Shown piece by piece: positions 39,586-49,028 of a stretch of 64,000 nucleotides of DNA; positions within the stretch are counted from its first letter, which is position 1; each line of letters opens with the position of its first letter. The stretch lies in IMG/VR virus record IMGVR_UViG_2773857866_000003; one strand, 5' to 3'. The notes beneath the pieces are model-generated. The model was given only the letters and a program-made list of their open reading frames with translations, had not been told where the DNA came from and did no database searches. Made by a program: the position numbers and the translations under genes. The stretch is from a virus (taxonomy: Duplodnaviria > Heunggongvirae > Uroviricota > Caudoviricetes).

Positions 39586-39659
39586 TGGGGCTTATAGGAC
39601 TCGAACCTATGACTTCTCGGTTATGAGCCGAGCGTTCTAACCAACTGAACTAAAGCCCC
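39586..39659 (-). tRNA. tRNA with CAT anticodon (Met or lysidine-Ile2), 74 nt
   Basis: Acceptor GGGGCTT/AAGCCCC, D GTTC-AGTTGGTTA-GAAC, anticodon stem CTCGG/CCGAG with loop CTCATAA, T ATAGG-TTCGAGT-CCTAT. Confidence 0.8.
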
Positions 39660-39692
39660 TTACATCGCAGCTTATGCTACGATGGTTTTATT

Positions 39693-41627
39693 TTACAAAA
39701 GTGTTAGAAATTCTTCTTCGCTTATAATTGGAATACCAAGCTCTTTTGCTTTTTTATTTTTAGAAGAATTTGACGTTGTATCATTGTTAATCAGATAATG
39801 TGTCTTTGAAGTCACACTCCCTGTTACTTTGCCTCCGTGAGTTTCAATTGTAGATTTTAAATCATTTCTATTTGAGAACTTATTCAAACTTCCTGTAATC
39901 ACAAATGTTTTGTTGGTTAATGAAAGGAGTTCCTCCGTTTTTATTTTTTCTTCAAACACAAGAATTTTAACAAGTTGCTCAATTTCTTCTGATTTATAAT
40001 CTTCTTTAAACCAATCGTATATAGATTTATTTAATACATCTCCAAAACCGTCTAATTTACTAAAATCAAATTTCTCTTTCATGGATTTTATCAAATCATC
40101 CCATGTATCAAAATGATTAAATATCTCTCTTGATTGACTTCTTCCAATTTTAGGTATTCCTAATGCATACAACAATCTTTCAGGACTTACTTGTTTACTT
40201 TTCTCTATTGACAGGAATAATTTTTCAACAGATTTTTTACCAAATCCCGGTATTGACATCCAAGTTGCCTTATACTGAGATAAATTGTAAAAATCTTTAA
40301 ATGTCTTTAACCATCCTTTTTTCACGAGAAAATCAACAGTAGCCTCTGACATTCCCTCAATATTCATTGCGTCTCTTTCACAAAAATGTACAAATTTTCC
40401 AATAAGCTTTTCTGGACAGTGTGTATTCATGCACATTAGAACCTCTGTATCATTAGAGCAAATTATATTAGTGTCTCCTCCACATATAGGACATTGTTTT
40501 GGGATATCTAAATTGTTGCTCTTTGTGCTGTTTTCAACAATTTGGGGGATTATCATATTAGACTTGATAACTTTGATTGTATCTCCTATGCCGAGTTTCA
40601 ATTCTTTAATAATACTGATATTATGCACACTGGCACGACTTACCGTAGTCCCTTCCAGCTCTACCGGCTCAAAAATTGCTACCGGATTAAGTAAGCCTGT
40701 TCGTGAAGGACTCCATTCAATCTTTTTTAAAGTAGTTTCCGCAACTTCATCTTTCCATTTGAAAGCAAACGAATGTCTTTCAAATTTCGAAGTATTGCCA
40801 AGAGAATTGCCATAATCAGTATTGTTATATGAAACTACAAGACCGTCTGTCGGAATGTCATTATTTTCGATTTTTCTTTTAAAAAATTTTACACATTCTT
40901 CTATATTGTCTTTATTTACAGGATAATGTTCTACAACATTAAATCCTATTTCAGAAAGCCAATTAAATTGTTTGTCCATTGTCTTAAATTTACTACCAGA
41001 GATTAGTCTAAATATAATGACTTGGACATTTCTTTTTTGACTTTCGGATGCATCAAGTAAGCGAATACTTCCTGAAGCAAGATTTCTTGGGTTTTTATAT
41101 CTTGCTCCAACATCTTCTATCTGAGAATTAATTCTGTCAAAATCAGTATATGAAATAACTGCTTCACCTCTAAGAATTAGTTTCTCTTTATATGGAATTT
41201 TCAATGGTACTCCTTTACATCTTGATACATTTTGAGTGATAATTTCACCTGTTGTACCGTTTCCTCTTGTCACGGCTTTTTGCAGCTCGCCATTGTCGTA
41301 AGTAAGAACAACAGTTAGTCCATCTAATTTCCATGACAAAATTCCATCTTTATCGCTTATCCAGCTTTTTAAAGTTTCAACACTTTTTGTTTTGTCTAAA
41401 GAAAGCATCTTCTTTTCATGCTTTTCTTTTGGCAAGAAGTCTAAAAAATCGTTTGCTACAGATTGTGTTGGAGAATCGGAATAAATAACTCCTGTTTCTT
41501 TCTCCATATCTACCAGCTTATCGTAGAGTTTGTCATAATCATAGTTAGACATGATTTCTCTACTTTCCTGATAGTAAGCAACGTTAGCTGCTTTTAATTG
41601 TTCTATGATAGCTCTCATTTCATTCAT
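39693..41627 (-). CDS. ligA: NAD-dependent DNA ligase
   Basis: Adenylation motif WKLDGLTV (KxDG), a Cys4 zinc finger (CPICGGD...C..C), HhH repeats and a C-terminal BRCT-like region. Confidence 0.85.
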   Translation of the reverse strand: MNEMRAIIEQLKAANVAYYQESREIMSNYDYDKLYDKLVDMEKETGVIYSDSPTQSVANDFLDFLPKEKHEKKMLSLDKTKSVETLKSWISDKDGILSWKLDGLTVVLTYDNGELQKAVTRGNGTTGEIITQNVSRCKGVPLKIPYKEKLILRGEAVISYTDFDRINSQIEDVGARYKNPRNLASGSIRLLDASESQKRNVQVIIFRLISGSKFKTMDKQFNWLSEIGFNVVEHYPVNKDNIEECVKFFKRKIENNDIPTDGLVVSYNNTDYGNSLGNTSKFERHSFAFKWKDEVAETTLKKIEWSPSRTGLLNPVAIFEPVELEGTTVSRASVHNISIIKELKLGIGDTIKVIKSNMIIPQIVENSTKSNNLDIPKQCPICGGDTNIICSNDTEVLMCMNTHCPEKLIGKFVHFCERDAMNIEGMSEATVDFLVKKGWLKTFKDFYNLSQYKATWMSIPGFGKKSVEKLFLSIEKSKQVSPERLLYALGIPKIGRSQSREIFNHFDTWDDLIKSMKEKFDFSKLDGFGDVLNKSIYDWFKEDYKSEEIEQLVKILVFEEKIKTEELLSLTNKTFVITGSLNKFSNRNDLKSTIETHGGKVTGSVTSKTHYLINNDTTSNSSKNKKAKELGIPIISEEEFLTLL

Positions 41628-41681
41628 TTTCTAATGTCCTCCGTTGCTATGGGTATAATTTATCACACTCTCGCCGAAATG

Positions 41682-41936
41682 TCAACACTTTTTTAAAATT
41701 ATTTTTTCATTTGTATTTGATACTATGTTTATACAGTCGTTCTCATAAGTAACATCCTCGATTTTCTCTTTATCCAATATCACGCCTGCTCCTGAAATTA
41801 CTAGTGCAATATTAGTTTCATTGTCAAATACATCAATCAAGCAACTATCTTTACAATATTTTATCCAATTTCCAATAAATTCTACATTTACGCAAGACAT
41901 TTTGTGTTCTTTTAATAAAGTTATCAATTTAAACAT
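41682..41936 (-). CDS. hypothetical protein
   Basis: 84 aa ORF. Confidence 0.35.
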   Translation of the reverse strand: MFKLITLLKEHKMSCVNVEFIGNWIKYCKDSCLIDVFDNETNIALVISGAGVILDKEKIEDVTYENDCINIVSNTNEKIILKKC

Positions 41937-42054
41937 GGTTATCTCCTTTAATCGAATATATGTTCTGTTTAATTATTGTACCATAACACTTTTAGAATAT
42001 CAACCTGATATATAACCTTTTTGTCAAACTTGTGATATGGTAAAAAAATATAGC

Positions 42055-43053
42055 CTATTGGCTATATTTTAAAATATGTGTACTAATTATACTACGCATA
42101 TAAGTCATGTCAATATTAAATTTGTCCAGTATCGGTTTGATAACAAAATTACTATCATCTTCTTCAAGTTTGCTTAACGGAACGCCTAAAGCGTTTGCTA
42201 CATCTATTGTTACAGAAGCTATACCGGAACGCCTTATGCTTTCAAAATTAAGGTTTGGAAAATAAAAATCATCACTATTTCTCAACCTCATCAATCTATC
42301 TTGGATATTTTTTCTTCTTCTTTCGATAAATAATCTCAAATCTTTAGTTTCGCTGGTATCTAAATTTCTGCTTGTAATCCTTGTTTTAATAACATATTCG
42401 CTATTTTCGTATATACCTATTGCTCTACCAATATTATCTATGTACTCTATCTCTTTATCAGCCAACTCAGCTACTTTAATAAATAAGTCAGAGACTACTG
42501 TCGTTCTGGTAAAAATGATTTTATCGCTCACGGGGTCGTATTCGTATATTTTCAACTTTTTATTGCTAAAATCTATATTAGACAATTTGACAAGAGTAAT
42601 TTCCGAAAGTCCATAGCCAGACAATCCAGACCATGCAGCTACGAGCGCAAATGCTCCTTGAGCATTGTTATTTTTAAGCATTTTATCTACAAGCATTTCA
42701 AACATTTCCTTACTAATTACTGCCAATTTGCTATTTCCGCTATTTGCTATTTCTCTTATTTTATCTTGGCTTATGGTCGTTTTTTTGATTGATTTGTCAT
42801 ATTCTTCTGAACAATATACAACATAACGGTTTATTCTTCTTTGGATTTCCCTCACCCTATAAATAGATGTAAAGTTGAACATTTTTATCAACTCTATTAA
42901 CTGTTCTCTATTAAAGTACGCTAAATCACAATTGTATTTTTCTTCCAATATAGAAGATTTTTGGAACAATGTAAGTACATCCATCATTTCTTTCGTATCG
43001 ACCTTATATTTTAATTTTTTTACATAGCTATTTTTCACATCCTCATTATACAT
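42055..43053 (-). CDS. hypothetical protein, possibly a degenerate tyrosine-recombinase-like partner of the adjacent integrase
   Basis: 332 aa with a basic helical C-terminal half (IERRRKNIQDRLMRLR...ESIRRSGIA...MTYMRSI), but no clear R-H-R-Y catalytic set. Confidence 0.25.
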   Translation of the reverse strand: MYNEDVKNSYVKKLKYKVDTKEMMDVLTLFQKSSILEEKYNCDLAYFNREQLIELIKMFNFTSIYRVREIQRRINRYVVYCSEEYDKSIKKTTISQDKIREIANSGNSKLAVISKEMFEMLVDKMLKNNNAQGAFALVAAWSGLSGYGLSEITLVKLSNIDFSNKKLKIYEYDPVSDKIIFTRTTVVSDLFIKVAELADKEIEYIDNIGRAIGIYENSEYVIKTRITSRNLDTSETKDLRLFIERRRKNIQDRLMRLRNSDDFYFPNLNFESIRRSGIASVTIDVANALGVPLSKLEEDDSNFVIKPILDKFNIDMTYMRSIISTHILKYSQ

Positions 43054-43132
43054 AGGCTTTCCTCAACTTTCTGTTATGTACAGTAGTATATTATCATCTT
43101 TTGGAAATTTTTTCCAGTAAATGTAAATAAAC

Positions 43133-44146
43133 TTATTTTAGCAGGTTATTGATTATCGCTCCTCTTACTTCTTTCATTTCTTGTTTGTTTACCGATGCGT
43201 ACCTTTTCGTGGTTGTAGGACTACTGTGTCCGAGCAATTCTGATGTCAAATATATATCTCCCTTCATTCGATATACATTTGTACCAAATGTTCTACGCAA
43301 CTCATGTGGGCTTATTTTTCTATCTATCCCCTCAGAATATTTTGCAATAATTTTTTGAATTGCGCCAACTCCGAGCCTTTTACATCCATCAGATTTTTTA
43401 GAAACAAATAAAGCATCTGTTGCTTCTATTCCCGGAATTAGTTTCCTCCTATCGCACCATCTACGAATGATATCCATAAGTTCTTTTGTGACCTCGTACT
43501 CAAATTCTTTATCTCTCTTATCAATTGTATGTATTAAACAATTTTCGAAATCAATATCACTCACATTGATTTCACTCAATGCTGATACTCTACATCCAGT
43601 TGATAGAGGAATAAGGAACAGCAACCTATCTCTATCCTGATATTTCTTTTGAGACGTTCTGGCGTGTTTTGACCCAACTCCCTCATTGAGATTTTTTATA
43701 ATAATCGAAATCTCATCTTCTGTCAAATATGAAATTTCGTCTTTAAGCTTTACAGAAGGTCTTTTAATCGCTTTTTCCATTGGATTTTCTGATATATACT
43801 CAAATCTATAAAGAAAATCAAAGAAATTATGTAAGCTGCTGATTTGAGTTGCGATTGTTGCGTTAGATATTGGTTTTCCAGAAATTAACTCCTGATTTCT
43901 TTTAGTAAAATAGCGGTTAATTACAGATGTAGTGATGTTTTCTAATTTAAGCTCTGCAATTTCAACTCCCATTCCATCAGCAATACTATTCAAAAACATT
44001 TCTACATCTCCAAGGTATTTCCTTTTTGTCGCAGCAGTGTTATTCGCCATACTATAATAATAATCTCTTAACCATATCGGTTTCTCTTTTATATGGTTTT
44101 CAAGCTTTTCTTCTATGGCAAGCTTATGCTCAAATCTTCCGGTCAT
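43133..44146 (-). CDS. tyrosine recombinase / phage integrase
   Basis: Box I TGCRVSALSEINVSD and C-terminal HELRRTFGTNVY...LLGHSSPTTTKRYASV (H-x-x-R ... H ... Y). Confidence 0.8.
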   Translation of the reverse strand: MTGRFEHKLAIEEKLENHIKEKPIWLRDYYYSMANNTAATKRKYLGDVEMFLNSIADGMGVEIAELKLENITTSVINRYFTKRNQELISGKPISNATIATQISSLHNFFDFLYRFEYISENPMEKAIKRPSVKLKDEISYLTEDEISIIIKNLNEGVGSKHARTSQKKYQDRDRLLFLIPLSTGCRVSALSEINVSDIDFENCLIHTIDKRDKEFEYEVTKELMDIIRRWCDRRKLIPGIEATDALFVSKKSDGCKRLGVGAIQKIIAKYSEGIDRKISPHELRRTFGTNVYRMKGDIYLTSELLGHSSPTTTKRYASVNKQEMKEVRGAIINNLLK

Positions 44147-44339
44147 TCAAATCAACTCCTTTGTTCTTTAAATATTCCAAAAGTATTTCATTTTCTTTTT
44201 GAAGCTGGTCAATTTTTTCTGCGCCAGCAGTGCAATATATATGAATTGCATTTGATATTTTATCAGTCTCATCTAACGGAACATTGGTAAGCGGAAACAT
44301 ATTTGCTAACCACCTAAGACTTTTTGCTTCTTTACTCAT
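44130..44339 (-). CDS. hypothetical small protein
   Basis: 69 aa ORF that overlaps the integrase start. Confidence 0.35.
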   Translation of the reverse strand: MSKEAKSLRWLANMFPLTNVPLDETDKISNAIHIYCTAGAEKIDQLQKENEILLEYLKNKGVDLNDRKI

Positions 44340-44480
44340 ATTATATCACCATCCTCTACTCATGAAAACTGATAGCTCCAGCAATTGCAAATAATCCAGC
44401 AGCCACTAAAGCAACATCACTTGTTCCTCTGCTGAATACCCAACCGATTAAAAGAAATAGCATTATTACATACCCCATAT

Positions 44481-44696
44481 CTATTCAACCTCCTCTGCGT
44501 TATTTAAATAGCTGAGGATTGTAAGAAAATTATCAATCCTTCCCATTGCCTTATATAAATTTTTATCTTCAATCCTATTACATGCTTGACTGATATCAGC
44601 TCTTACATCTTTCAAGCACTCTATAAGCATATCTTTTGGCTCTTTTTTCGGTTCAGAAATTCCCTGATAACTTATATGCATGTTTTTATTCCTCAT
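44481..44696 (-). CDS. hypothetical small protein
   Basis: 71 aa ORF. Confidence 0.35.
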   Translation of the reverse strand: MRNKNMHISYQGISEPKKEPKDMLIECLKDVRADISQACNRIEDKNLYKAMGRIDNFLTILSYLNNAEEVE

Positions 44697-44970
44697 CTTT
44701 CTTCATCTGCTCTAGTGCTTTTTCTGCTTCTTCTTTTGTTGTGTAAAATCTATCACACTTCAACAAATCAGGTCTAATCCATGTTTCTGACACTGCACTT
44801 CGCGAATGTCCACATTCTGAACATAAAACTGTAGTTTCGATGGTAAAAGCGTGTATCAGCAATTCTTCTCGTTCATCGTAGTCTTCATAAAATCTCAGTC
44901 TATCTAGCACTTCTTTAATCGTAACATCTGTTCTTGCTTCACCAGTTCCACTAATTGTCAGTCTTTTCAT
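44686..44970 (-). CDS. hypothetical protein with CxxC...C motif
   Basis: 94 aa ORF containing LCSECGHS. Confidence 0.35.
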   Translation of the reverse strand: MKRLTISGTGEARTDVTIKEVLDRLRFYEDYDEREELLIHAFTIETTVLCSECGHSRSAVSETWIRPDLLKCDRFYTTKEEAEKALEQMKKDEE

Positions 44971-45275
44971 TTCTCAATACCACCCTTTCGTACAATTTCA
45001 ATTGCTTCATCAATACTTATTCTATCGTCTGCAATATTGTTTAACCGATAACACGACATTCTGGTTTTTGCTTTCTGTAACTGCTCTATAACCTTATCTA
45101 CATCATAAGCAGTCGGCTCTTTTTGTACTTCGTCAATCATTTCCATGAGAGAATATTGTCCAAATTGTGTATCATATTCTTTAACAATTGATCGAATTAA
45201 CGCCTGTCTACTAATTAAATCACTACTCATAATCTTATTTTCCTTTATATCTTTTTGGAAGCGGCTGCCATGCAA
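44967..45275 (-). CDS. hypothetical protein
   Basis: 102 aa ORF. Confidence 0.35.
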   Translation of the reverse strand: MHGSRFQKDIKENKIMSSDLISRQALIRSIVKEYDTQFGQYSLMEMIDEVQKEPTAYDVDKVIEQLQKAKTRMSCYRLNNIADDRISIDEAIEIVRKGGIEK

Positions 45276-45672
45276 TTACCCCTTTTACTTTGTCATCACT
45301 TACATCTGTCCATTCTTCTCCATCCCAAAAAGCAGAGAATGGGGTTATTATATTATTTGTTTGAACAATATACGAATCTTCTCCAAATACAGGTTTTTCA
45401 GGCAACCTCTCACTGCATGGTATCCAATCACTTTTGCTACCATCATCCATGTGAGAACGAATGATCTCTTCTATCCTGCTTGCTCGCACATATCCATCCA
45501 CTTCCATATCACCCATATAAATAGGCGCATCTTCTTGAAATGTTGCTTCTTTTATCTCTTCCAAAATCTTCTCTAGTACGTTCATGTTATCCCTCTTTTC
45601 TTGATATCCTGTTAAATTCCTCTCTAAATCTTTCAACAACCCACGTTTTTTCATAGTCATGTTCATCTGCAA
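45235..45672 (-). CDS. hypothetical protein
   Basis: 145 aa ORF. Confidence 0.4.
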   Translation of the reverse strand: MQMNMTMKKRGLLKDLERNLTGYQEKRDNMNVLEKILEEIKEATFQEDAPIYMGDMEVDGYVRASRIEEIIRSHMDDGSKSDWIPCSERLPEKPVFGEDSYIVQTNNIITPFSAFWDGEEWTDVSDDKVKGVIAWQPLPKRYKGK

Positions 45673-45750
45673 ATTCTTGAATATCTTGCATCACATGTTC
45701 TGCAAGGCTTCTCATTTCCTTTACAGCTTGGTTATAAATTGCATCACCCA

Positions 45751-45987
45751 TCACTCTACCTCCATGAACTCAAAATACTCTACTAAATGCTCTTTTGTGA
45801 TTTCTAACCATGAGCCATCATCTACAGCGTCAAGATGAACATGGTCTTTCCCACCAATTATCATGTACTCACTTTCATTTAATTCGTAAATTTTCCCTTC
45901 TTCAATTACCATTCCATCGTTTATCAAAAATCCATCATTGTCGTATTTATCTACATAAAAAGACTTCTTGCATTTATATTTTTTCAT
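45751..45987 (-). CDS. hypothetical small protein
   Basis: 78 aa ORF. Confidence 0.35.
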   Translation of the reverse strand: MKKYKCKKSFYVDKYDNDGFLINDGMVIEEGKIYELNESEYMIIGGKDHVHLDAVDDGSWLEITKEHLVEYFEFMEVE

Positions 45988-46313
45988 TTACTCAACCGTT
46001 TCCTTTCTTCTTCCCAGTCAAAAGCAGCGCACGCAATACAGTGTTTGCATTGTTCACCAATCCCCAAGCAAGCACCGTTCTTGTCTTTTTCTACGCATCC
46101 ATACCTCTTTTGTAGATTGCATTTTTCTATACGTTTCTTTATTCGACACTGTTTGCACACTACCTTTTTTCCTACTGTGCAACCCATTAATCTTGCATAA
46201 TATCCCGCCCATATTTTACTCACTCCATCATTTCTTGTGCTATTCCATCCTATAACTTTTTCTCCGCATACATCACAGTAAACTTCTGTTATTACTTCTC
46301 TATAAATAGACAT
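45984..46313 (-). CDS. Cys-rich zinc-binding protein
   Basis: CDVCGEK...CKQCRIKK...CKHCIACAA gives three Cys pairs. Confidence 0.4.
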   Translation of the reverse strand: MSIYREVITEVYCDVCGEKVIGWNSTRNDGVSKIWAGYYARLMGCTVGKKVVCKQCRIKKRIEKCNLQKRYGCVEKDKNGACLGIGEQCKHCIACAAFDWEEERKRLSK

Positions 46314-46516
46314 TTATTTCACTCTCCTATTCCATACTTCGATTGCTTCTTCTGATTTGTTGTAATTTGGTGAACACATCTCGCATTTTGCACATTACAC
46401 TCTGTATTTGCTAATGTAATTAAACGATTTGTATATTTTAGCTTCCCCACCGCAAAACGGGTATTTCTTTGGTTCGTCTATATTTCTTTCACCTTTCTAA
46501 GTCTAATTCAACTCAT

Positions 46517-46804
46517 TTATTCCGACCAATCAAGTTTCTGTCCGCACTGCGGGCAATAAACGTAATCATCATAGTCAACTTCATAGTATCCCTCACAACT
46601 CGGACATATCCACGTGTCATACACAAATGTTCCATTAGGAGCGTATCCATCTCCTTCAAAGTTAGGTTTCCTCGGCAACTGCTTTTCAAGTGCTTCGATT
46701 ATTAAATCACACTGTCCAGAAGTAATATCAAATCCCATTGCAGAAGACATTAAAACTATTTCCTTAAAATCTTCTATCACTTCTCTAACTTTCTTTTCGT
46801 CCAT
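46517..46804 (-). CDS. zinc-ribbon protein
   Basis: CPSCEGYYEV...CPQCGQ. Confidence 0.4.
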   Translation of the reverse strand: MDEKKVREVIEDFKEIVLMSSAMGFDITSGQCDLIIEALEKQLPRKPNFEGDGYAPNGTFVYDTWICPSCEGYYEVDYDDYVYCPQCGQKLDWSE

Positions 46805-47549
46805 CTTCCATCACCTTCTCATACGCTTTCTTTACTTCGTCTTTGCTATAGTTAGCAAAATTACAACTCATTCCACTTGGTATAACACACGTATTGCATT
46901 TAGCTTTTCTACAATATTTGCAAATAACTCCAATCATTTCTTCCACACTCGGCTCAAACTCAACCCTCTCTCCAGTCAGCTCTTCCAACTTCTTTTGCAT
47001 TTCATCAACAGTCATGTGTTTGACTTCAATACGTTCCCAGATGAGTTTAAGGTTATCATCATCAAGAATATAATTAAATGTCATAGCTTCTTTTATTTTG
47101 AAAATTTTTACAATTGTATGGTCCATAAATTTAATATTTTCTAAATTTTCCCGGAATGAGTCTAACGTTAAAAATCCGTCTTCACCTATCAACATATTTG
47201 CAATAACAAGCCTTCTTTTTCCATTTTTGTATTCAACAACCATACCGTCTTTTAAATCTGCCTTTGTAAATTCTTTATTTCCAACTCCCATGTAATCACT
47301 CCACTCTAAAATTCTATAACCTATTTGTTCATAAAAATCATATCCGCCATACAAACAACTATTGCTGTAGCACGTTTTACCAAGATATTTATTATAGTTT
47401 ATATTTTCCAAATAACTATCACCATCACCCCACTTCATCCCATGCTCATGCATCTGATTACAGAAATCTTTTGCTTCCTCCTCTGTTTTACAATGCACTG
47501 CAATCTTGTTATTTTTATATTTAAATTCTTCCCAGTTAAATTTTTTCAT
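46785..47549 (-). CDS. hypothetical protein
   Basis: 254 aa ORF with a C-terminal Cys cluster (CKYCRKAKCNTC). Confidence 0.4.
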   Translation of the reverse strand: MKKFNWEEFKYKNNKIAVHCKTEEEAKDFCNQMHEHGMKWGDGDSYLENINYNKYLGKTCYSNSCLYGGYDFYEQIGYRILEWSDYMGVGNKEFTKADLKDGMVVEYKNGKRRLVIANMLIGEDGFLTLDSFRENLENIKFMDHTIVKIFKIKEAMTFNYILDDDNLKLIWERIEVKHMTVDEMQKKLEELTGERVEFEPSVEEMIGVICKYCRKAKCNTCVIPSGMSCNFANYSKDEVKKAYEKVMEDGRKES

Positions 47550-47883
47550 TTACATATTCCTCCTTCTCAATCATTGCATCAATACAATCAACCAATTCCT
47601 TCCATGTGTACTTTTTCTCAATGCCAAAATCTGTATCATTGTTGTATCTCAACGTGATTCCTTTAGCATTTGTATCTCCTCTTGTTAGCAAATTTGCTTC
47701 TGTTGAAGAAAAACTAAATCCTCCTACTCCAAATTCATTTTTCAGAAAATCCACCCTATCTTTTTTATTTTTGTTTTCCTGAAAGAATTTTAGAATTCTC
47801 TTTTCTCCGTTTACAAAACCTGTTCCTCTTTTTGCAAATTCTTCCAAAGGATTAAAATTATTCTGACACATATTTTCCTCCAT
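47536..47883 (-). CDS. hypothetical protein
   Basis: 115 aa ORF. Confidence 0.35.
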   Translation of the reverse strand: MEENMCQNNFNPLEEFAKRGTGFVNGEKRILKFFQENKNKKDRVDFLKNEFGVGGFSFSSTEANLLTRGDTNAKGITLRYNNDTDFGIEKKYTWKELVDCIDAMIEKEEYVNEKI

Positions 47884-47910
47884 AAAAAATAGCAGCCTAA
47901 GCTGCGTTAA

Positions 47911-48963
47911 TTACATTTCAATGTTTTCAATTTTGTCGAAAAACTCTTCAAAGTTTTTCTCTAAAGCTCTATGTCTTTTCTGGATATTTTCATTTTTTGC
48001 CGAACCAGCTTGAGATGCAAGATTATATTCATCTGAAATACTAGCTCCGTCAGTTGAAGAAAAGAACTTCATTATCCAATCCGTAAATATGTCTGCATTT
48101 AGATTTTCTTCTACTGCCTTTTTCACAAATGGTATAAGTGATACTAAATGTGTTTCTTTATATATCTTCTTAGCAATCTTTGCACTAGCCTTATCCGTAT
48201 CACTGGCAATAGAATCGTGTACATATTCTATTAAATCAAATACATCTATCAATTTCTTTTTCTCTTCCTCAGTAATTCTAAGCTTTTCAATTACTGGATT
48301 AAAATGTTTTCCTTCAAAAGAAACTTCATCTAATGGCTCGTAAATCATTAAATACATTTTCACGATAATTGGAACATACTTCTTTGCATGATAAGCTTTC
48401 TTATTCATCATTTCATGAAAAATTTCGTGTTCACCAATTTCCATAATATTCTCAATATCTTCACAATTAGCAATATTTCTTTCTTTAGTTGACAATGGTT
48501 TTCCGTTATTTAAACGCTTGAACATTTCTCTCACTTCTTCCGGCGTAATATCATCGAAATAATAAATTGTAAAGTTAAATGTATTTATTATCTCTTGAAT
48601 TTCTTCAGGCAATTCTGAAAATCGAAGACCATTCAATTGATAAGTTTTCATTTCTCCTGTTACTTCATCAATGATAACAATATCATTTAATCCAGTAAGA
48701 GCAAATTCATCATGAAGAAGCTTATTGATAGTCAATAATCTTTGTTGTCCTTCCAGAATATCATAGATTTTTTCATCTCCTCTCTTGGCGTAAATTGGAG
48801 GTACAGGATATCCCGTAATCATAGAGTCGATAAGATAAGACCTCCTTGCTGTTTCCCATACATCTCCTCTTTGCACAACATTGTCAAAAGTAACTTTTTC
48901 ATTATCAATCATCTTTGATATTTGTTTACTGTTCCATGTAATATTTGCTTTTCTTAAACTCAT
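47911..48963 (-). CDS. DUF262 (ParB/Srx-like NTPase fold, GmrSD N-domain-like) protein
   Basis: ILEGQQRLLTI matches the DGQQR signature; the N-terminal arrangement is typical of DUF262. Confidence 0.55.
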   Translation of the reverse strand: MSLRKANITWNSKQISKMIDNEKVTFDNVVQRGDVWETARRSYLIDSMITGYPVPPIYAKRGDEKIYDILEGQQRLLTINKLLHDEFALTGLNDIVIIDEVTGEMKTYQLNGLRFSELPEEIQEIINTFNFTIYYFDDITPEEVREMFKRLNNGKPLSTKERNIANCEDIENIMEIGEHEIFHEMMNKKAYHAKKYVPIIVKMYLMIYEPLDEVSFEGKHFNPVIEKLRITEEEKKKLIDVFDLIEYVHDSIASDTDKASAKIAKKIYKETHLVSLIPFVKKAVEENLNADIFTDWIMKFFSSTDGASISDEYNLASQAGSAKNENIQKRHRALEKNFEEFFDKIENIEM

Positions 48964-49028
48964 AATATATCCTCCTAAATTCTATTTACTATGTATTTTC
49001 ACTCTTTGTTCCACTGTAAGTATTAAAT

